The notes under the pieces: generated by a model
Database searches by the model: none
The model's input: the letters and a program-made list of their open reading frames with translations, nothing else
What the model was told of the DNA's origin: nothing
In this document: positions 56,916 through 64,000 of the stretch, one piece after another
Numbering within the stretch: the stretch's first letter is position 1
How the letters are laid out: each line of letters starts with the position of its first letter
Translations under genes and position numbers: made by a program
From: the human T2T-CHM13v2.0 reference genome, Homo sapiens
Length of the DNA stretch: 64,000 bases
Direction: 5' to 3' (one strand)
Assembly: GCF_009914755.1 (NCBI RefSeq)
Contig: NC_060929.1

Positions 56916-59900
56916 ATGGCAGTTGTAAATCCTTACCTATCGATGACTACCTTGATTGCAAATTGATTAAATCTTACAATCAAAAGTTATGGAGTGATTA
57001 AATGGATTTTAAAAAGATCTAAATGTATGCCATCTGCAAGAAACTCACTTCTCATTAAAGAACACATATAGAGTGAGAGTGAAGGCATGTTCTTTGCAAA
57101 TGGCAACCAAAAGAGAGCAAGGGTAGCTATACTTAGATAAAATAGACCTTAAGTCAAAAGCTAAAAGAAAGAGAAAAAGAAGGTCATTATATAGTGATAA
57201 AGGTATCAGTTCATCAAGAGATTATAATAATTGTAAATATATGTGCACCCAACATTGGAGCATCTAAATATGTGAAACAAATATTAATAGATCTGAAGGG
57301 AGAAATAGATTGCAATACAACAACAGTAGAGGACTTCAATACCCCAATTTTAGCCATGAACACATCATTCAGAAAAAAGTCAACAAGGAAACATCAGATA
57401 TAAACTAAACTTTAGACCAAATAGAATAGATCTAATAGAAATACAGAACATTCCATCCAGTCAGAGCAGAATACACATTCTTCTCAAGTATACGTGGAAC
57501 ATTTTCTCGGATAGATCACGTTAGGCCACAAAGCAAGTCTTAATGCATTTAAGAAGATTGAAATTCTATCAAGTATTATTTTCTGTCCACAATGGCCTGA
57601 AACTAGAAATCAATAACAGGAGCAATTTTATAAAATTCACAAATACATGGAAATTAAACAACATATTTCTGAGCAACAAATCTGTCAAAGGTAAATTAAA
57701 AGGGAAATTTAAAAATATCTTGACACAAATATAAATATACATTTATCATCCCAAAACTTATGGGACATAGAAAATGCCAATTTAATAGGGAAGTTTATAG
57801 TAATAAATGTCTACATCAAAAAAGAAAAAATGTTCTCAAATAAACAACCTAATTTTATATCTCAAGGAACTAGAAAAATAAGAATTAACTAAGCTTAAAG
57901 TTAGTAGAAGGAAGGAAATAATAAACATGAGAGCAAAAACAAATGAGATCGAGACTAGAAAAACAATAGCAAAGATTAATAAAACTAAGGGTTGTTTTTT
58001 GCAGTGATAAACAAAACTGTCAAACCTTTAGCAAGACTAAGAAAAAAACTCAATATAGGAAATGAAAAAGAAGACATTACAAGTGAGACCACAATAGCAT
58101 GTGACTGCTGTGAAAAATTATGGGCCAAAAATTGGGCAACGTGGAAGAAATGGATAAATTCCAAGAAACATACAACCTACCATGACCAAATCATGAATAC
58201 ACAGAAAATGTGAACAGAACAATAATGAGTAATGTTATTGATTTGGTGATAAAAAGTCTCCCACTGAAGCAAAGCTTATGGAACTGATAGCTTCACTGCT
58301 GAATTCTATCAAACATTTAAAAAAGAACTAATATCTATTCTCCTCTACCTCTTTCAAAAAAGCTGAAGAAGGGCTACTTTCAAACTTAATTTATGAAGAC
58401 AGCATTACCGTGATATTAAAACCAGACAATGCCACTGTAAGGAAAATTTAAAAATACAGGACAGTATCCCTAATTAGGATTAATGCAAACATCTTCAACA
58501 AAATACTAGCAAACTGAATTCAACAGCACATTAAAAGTCATTCATTGTGATCAATTGGGATTTATATCTGGGATTTAAGCATTTTTCAACATACAGAAAT
58601 CAATAAATGTGATACCTCACATTAACAGAATGAAGGACAAAATCACTATGATCATCTCGATAGATTTGACATAATTGAACATCATTTTATGTTAAAAACT
58701 CTCAGTAAATTAGGTATAGAAGGAATGTACCTCAACACAATGAAGGTTGTGCATGACAAACTGAAAGCTAACATCATTCTCAGTAATAAATAGTTGAAAG
58801 CTTTTCTTCTGATATCAGGAGCAAGACAAGGATGCCCACTTTTACCATGTCTATTCAAAATAAGATTGGAAGTCCTAGCCTGGGTAAGTAGACAGGAAAA
58901 ATAAATAAAAGGCATCCAAATTGGAAAGAAAAATGTTAAATTATCTCTGCTTGCAGATATCAGGATCTTAATACACAGAAAACCCTCAAGACTTCACAAA
59001 AAACTATTAGATCTAATAAATGAATTTAGTAAATTTACAGGATACCAAATCAACCTACCAAAATCAGTATCATTTCTGTACACTAACAACAAACTTCTGA
59101 AAAATAAATCAAGAAAGCAATCCCATTTAAAGTAGCTACCAAAAAATAAAAGAAATACTTAGGATAAAATTTAACCCAGGAGATAAAAAAGACCTGTATG
59201 CTGAAAACAATGCAATATTGATGAAAGAAATTAAAGAAGCCATAAATAAATGGAAAGATATGTCGTGTTTATGGATTGGAAGAATATTGTTAAAATGTTC
59301 ATATTACACAAGTGATATAAATATTTTACAGATTAAATATAATCTCTATTAAAATTCCACAGAAATAGAAACCATTCTAAAATTTTTATGGAACCACAAA
59401 AGACTTTAAATAGCCAAAGCAATCTTGAACAAAAAGAACAAAGCCAGAAGCATCACATTACATGATTTCAAATTATATTTCAAAGCTGTAATAATCAAAA
59501 CAGCATGGTGCTAGTGTAAAAGCAGACACATAGACCAATGGAATGGAATAGAGACTCCAGAAATAAATCCACGCATTTACAGTTATTGATCTTTGACAAG
59601 GGTGCCAAGAACACACAATGGGGAAAAGACAGTATCTTCAATAAATTCTGTTGGGATAAATGGATATCCACATGTAGAAGAATGGAATTAGACCCTCATC
59701 TTACATCAGATGCAAAAATAAAATCAAAATGTATTAAAGTCTTAAATGTAAGACCTAAAACTGTAAAACTACTACAAGTTGAGCATCCCAAATCCAAAAT
59801 CTGAAATACCTCAAAATCTGAAACTTTTTCAGTGCCAGTGTGACTGATGCTCAAAGGAAATGCTCATTGGAATATTTTGGATTTTGGATCTTAGAATGTG

Positions 59901-60850
59901 GGATGCTCAACTGTTAAATCTAATGCAAATATTTCCAAATGAAAAAAATGATATCCAAATCCAAAATACTTCTTGTCTCAAGCATTTCAGATAAGGGATA
60001 TTCAACCCATTGAAGAAAATCTAGGGGAGAAGCTCCATGATATTGATCTGGATAATGATTTTTTGGGGTATTAGCCCAAAGCACAGGCCAAAAGGTAAAA
60101 ATACACAAATGGGATTGCATTAAAATAAAAAGCTCATGCACAGTAAAGGGAACATCAGAATGTAAAGACAGCCTTTGCACTGGGACAAAATATGTGCAAA
60201 CCATACATCTCATAAGGGATTAATATTCAAACTATGTAAGGAACTCAAGAAACTCAATAGCAAGAAGACAAATAACCTGATTTACAAATGGACAAAGGAC
60301 CTGAACAGACATTTCTTAAAAGAAGACATACAATAGGCTAACAGGTATATGAAAAAATGCTCAACCTCACTAATCATGTAAGAAATGCAAATTAAAACAA
60401 CAATGAGATATCACCTAACACCAGTTAGAATGGCTATTATCAAAATGATGAAAGATGGCTGTTATGAAAAAAGTGAGGATGTAGAGAGGGAACCCCCACA
60501 CATGGTGGGAATAAAATAGTATAGCCACTATGTAAAATTGAGTGGAGGTCCCTTCCAAATTAAAAAATAGATCTACAGATCTACCATGTGATCCACCAGT
60601 CACACTAGTTGATATATATACAAAGGAAATGAAATCAGTATGTCAAAGATATAGCTGCACTTGCATGGTCATTGTAGTATTATTCACAACAGCCTGACAG
60701 GAAATCAAACAAAGTTCTATCAATGGGTGAACAGATAAAGAAAACATGGTATATATACATAATGGAATAGTATTTAGCCTTAAAAAAGAAATCCTGTCAT
60801 TTATAACAATGTGGATGAACCTGGAGGACATTATGTAAAGTGCAGTAAGC
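56916..60850 (+). pseudogene. L1 ORF2p (endonuclease/reverse transcriptase) remnant, disrupted
   Basis: EN-like 57194-57403; RT SLFADD motif decayed to ctgcttgcagatatc near 58950; C-terminal fragment 59538-59770. Confidence 0.85.
59775..60009 (+). mobile_element. Tigger4a (MER46A) MITE nested in L1 ORF2
   Basis: TA then caagttgagcatccc...tgctcaaaggaaatgctcattgg...ataagggatattcaacc; L1 aaactacta|gaagaaaa rejoins. Confidence 0.9.
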
Positions 60851-61574
60851 CAGGCCCAGAACAAATAACATGTGATCTCACACCTAGAATCTAAAAATGT
60901 TGAACTCATTGAAACAGCGAGTGGAATTGTGGTTATTAAGAGGCTGGGGAGAGAGTAGTCGAGGAAATGTTGGTAAACTGATAAAAAATTTCAGTTAGAC
61001 AGAAGGATTAAGTTCAAGAGATCTAGTGTACAACAAGTTACTACAGTTAATAACAATGTATTTATTCTTCAAAATTACTAGGAATAGATTTTAAATGTTC
61101 TCGCAACAAAAATGATAAGTGTTTGTGGTAATGCATGTATTAATTTGCTCAATTTAGCCATTCCACGGTGTATACATATTTCAGAACATCATGCTGTGCA
61201 CAATAAATACATGCAATTTTTAGTAATAATTTAAAAAATGAATTTCCAAGTTTGAAATAATAAATTGGTTTGTTTATGTAAGCATCTGTGTAAAGCATGT
61301 TAATACTTATTTTATTACCAGCTCTCTCTTATGTCACTACCCATGAGTCTCTTGAGTCCTGCATAGCACCTTTTAAATACAATGTGAGATTTGTTAAAAA
61401 GAGAGTAAAAGCATGCATTTGGCACAGTTTTGTAATTTGTATTCTTCTAATCTCAAGCCTTTAAAAACATGTGTTATAGGGATGAGGTAAAAATATTTTG
61501 AGAAAATATAGGAAGAAAATACCTAAATAATATACATTTTGAAAAAATTAAAATGAGTATAAGAAAATGAATGT

Positions 61575-61908
<334 letters not shown>

Positions 61909-62576
61909 TTAATAGTAAGAGTTCTTAGACCAAAAAGTATTAACGTGATTGACAACAGGGTACGTGACTCTTTAAACATTGACCTCACTGAAAGTGAAAT
62001 TTGTTGTAAATATACTTCTGTTAAGTGTCTTAGTGTTAGACTGAAATTTATTCAACTGTGAAAATTTTTAAATTTGATTTTTAATACTGTAGTGAAACGT
62101 ATTTTTGTTTTAAGGGTTATTTCAAAATCAAATCCTAATCTTTCTAAGAATTACATTATTATCATACCTCTATAGATCACCAAGGAGTTATACTAGCCAT
62201 GGTTTTCTAAGGTAACCATCAAATCATATTTTTTCCTTCTTTTCTTTTGGCTTTCTTTCTACGGTTGATTTTCAAGTACAGGGGATTCATGTGGGATAAC
62301 ATTGCAACAGAATTTAGTGTCTCCCTAACTTTTCATTTCAACTGTACTATTTTTACACAAACAGCAGTTCTTATTTCTCTCTTTTAGTTTAGGTAAAATG
62401 CTGAGAATGCTTTAACCCAGAGATACTTAAACTTTTGAACTCTACAACAATTTTTTAATTGCTTCAAAAAATTTTTAATCAGGCAGGGCATAAATAAATT
62501 AATTTAAAAATACAGATATTAGTATTTTGATCCATATATAGCCAGGTAAAAAGAGAGTAGATACACAAATAAGTGA

Positions 62577-62620
62577 ATGTATGTATGTATGTATATATAT
62601 ATACACACACACACATACAT
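62577..62620. repeat. (ATGT)n(TA)n(CA)n microsatellite
   Basis: Read directly. Confidence 0.9.
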
Positions 62621-62769
62621 GTGTGAGAATTTTAAAAATTATTTCTATATCTAGTTTATTCTTTCATTATAAAAATCATGGCCAGAATCTTGTAATTATT
62701 TGCTTAATGAAGGGAAGAATCTCTAATATAATTTTAATAACAGCCTTAGACTTATTAAAATGATGTTTC

Positions 62770-63057
62770 AGTCTGGGTGTGGTAGCCATACCTGTAATAC
62801 CAGCACTTTGGGAGGCCAAGGCAGGCAGATCATTTGAGGTCAGGAGTTTGAGACCAGCCTGGCCAATATGGTGAAACCCCGTCTCTACTAAAAATACAAA
62901 AATTAGTCGGGCATGGTGGCATGAGCATGTAATCCCAGCAAATCGCTTGAACCTGGGAAGCGAAGGTTGCAGTGAGCCGAGATGGCGCCACTGCACTCCA
63001 GCCTGGGCAACAGAGCGAGACTCCATCTCAAAGATTAAAAATAAAAATAAAATAAAA
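62770..63057 (+). mobile_element. AluS with a ~23-bp internal deletion in the right arm
   Basis: taatcccagca joins directly to aatcgcttgaacc. Confidence 0.93.
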
Positions 63058-64000
63058 GTATGTTTTGATGTTGTCTTTCAAACAACATGAAAGATATTAC
63101 ATATATCACTCTTTGGGGGAAAAAAGAGAAGAAAAAATTAAAATGATTCAAATTTACTTAAAGTCTTGAAGGAAAGAAAATTGCAATAGATTTTTAGCAT
63201 CTAGTTATTTCATAAGATGGCAAAAAATTAGTAGAAATTAACCTAACCACATTTTGAGGCTGAAATTGAACCTTATGGCCAGCAGTTTATATTTGAGAAA
63301 ACTTAATCACCTTCAGTTACCTAACCTGGAATTTTGCTGACATGACTATTTTTGCCTGAACCCTTTTTTGAGGGCTTGATGAGGCTGGCCTGAATTTTGT
63401 GTGAGAAAGGTCAGAGTCATAAGCCAGGTTCCATTCTTACTCTATTTCCTGGTCACATTTTGTACAACTACCCACAGTCATTTCTTTGCAAGCATTAGCA
63501 CTCTTTCTACCAGTGGGTGAAAGAAAGGCCAAGTCCCTGTATGTACATGTGTATATTCAGCCTGCCAATATAAATAGTGCATTAGCTTATTTTTACTGTT
63601 TTCATGTTTATCTTAAATTTCCAGAAAATAATAAATATCCCCTATTTATACATAATGCTGTCTTCTTTCCATCTCCATTCCATAGGAGGCCTAGTACAGT
63701 GTTTTGTACATAGCAGACTCACCTATCCAGTCATTTTTTTACTCACTCGCTGTCCTGTCTTGTCATTATCTGGTAATAGAAATGTGTCATCACCTCAAAG
63801 GAGAAGAGATGTTCATAAGGAAGAAATTAATTTAATCATATGAGTGTTTCTGGACAGTTTCTTACTGTATTTTTTTGTACCGCTACTCAGTTGAGAATTT
63901 CAATGCTGTCAGTCAAATGACCTAGCTAGATTCTTACTTTGCAACCTTGCGAAACTCATTGGACCCCTTATCTACTTTAGTTTATTCATCTTTATAAGAA

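Overview
AT-rich, CpG-poor primate (most likely human or great-ape) genomic DNA, intronic or intergenic. I can support no protein-coding gene, tRNA, rRNA or CRISPR array; the listed ORFs come from repeats (Alu, L1, LTR, microsatellites) or are chance ORFs. A large part of the window is interspersed repeat: about 15 Alu copies (AluJ/S/Y, many with readable target-site duplications), a decayed near-full-length ~7.7 kb L1MA-type LINE (53.6-61.2 kb) with nested AluY and Tigger4a, other L1 fragments, solo LTRs (MSTB, MER39-like x2, MER67-like, MLT1, LTR41), DNA-transposon fossils (MER5A, MER58A/B, MER47A x2, MER96, MADE1) and many MIR/L2 remnants. Subfamily names are from recalled consensus sequences and need RepeatMasker/Dfam confirmation. 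I found no convincing new biological system. The structures that ordinary repeat annotation would not explain are: an inverted copy of an Alu 5' junction plus its non-Alu flank pasted into a neighbouring LTR (27.6-28.5 kb), an old direct duplication of an L2 fragment plus flank (33.0 and 35.3 kb), a twin-primed L1 with TSDs, a loop-deleted MADE1 hairpin, and two candidate non-coding exon structures.
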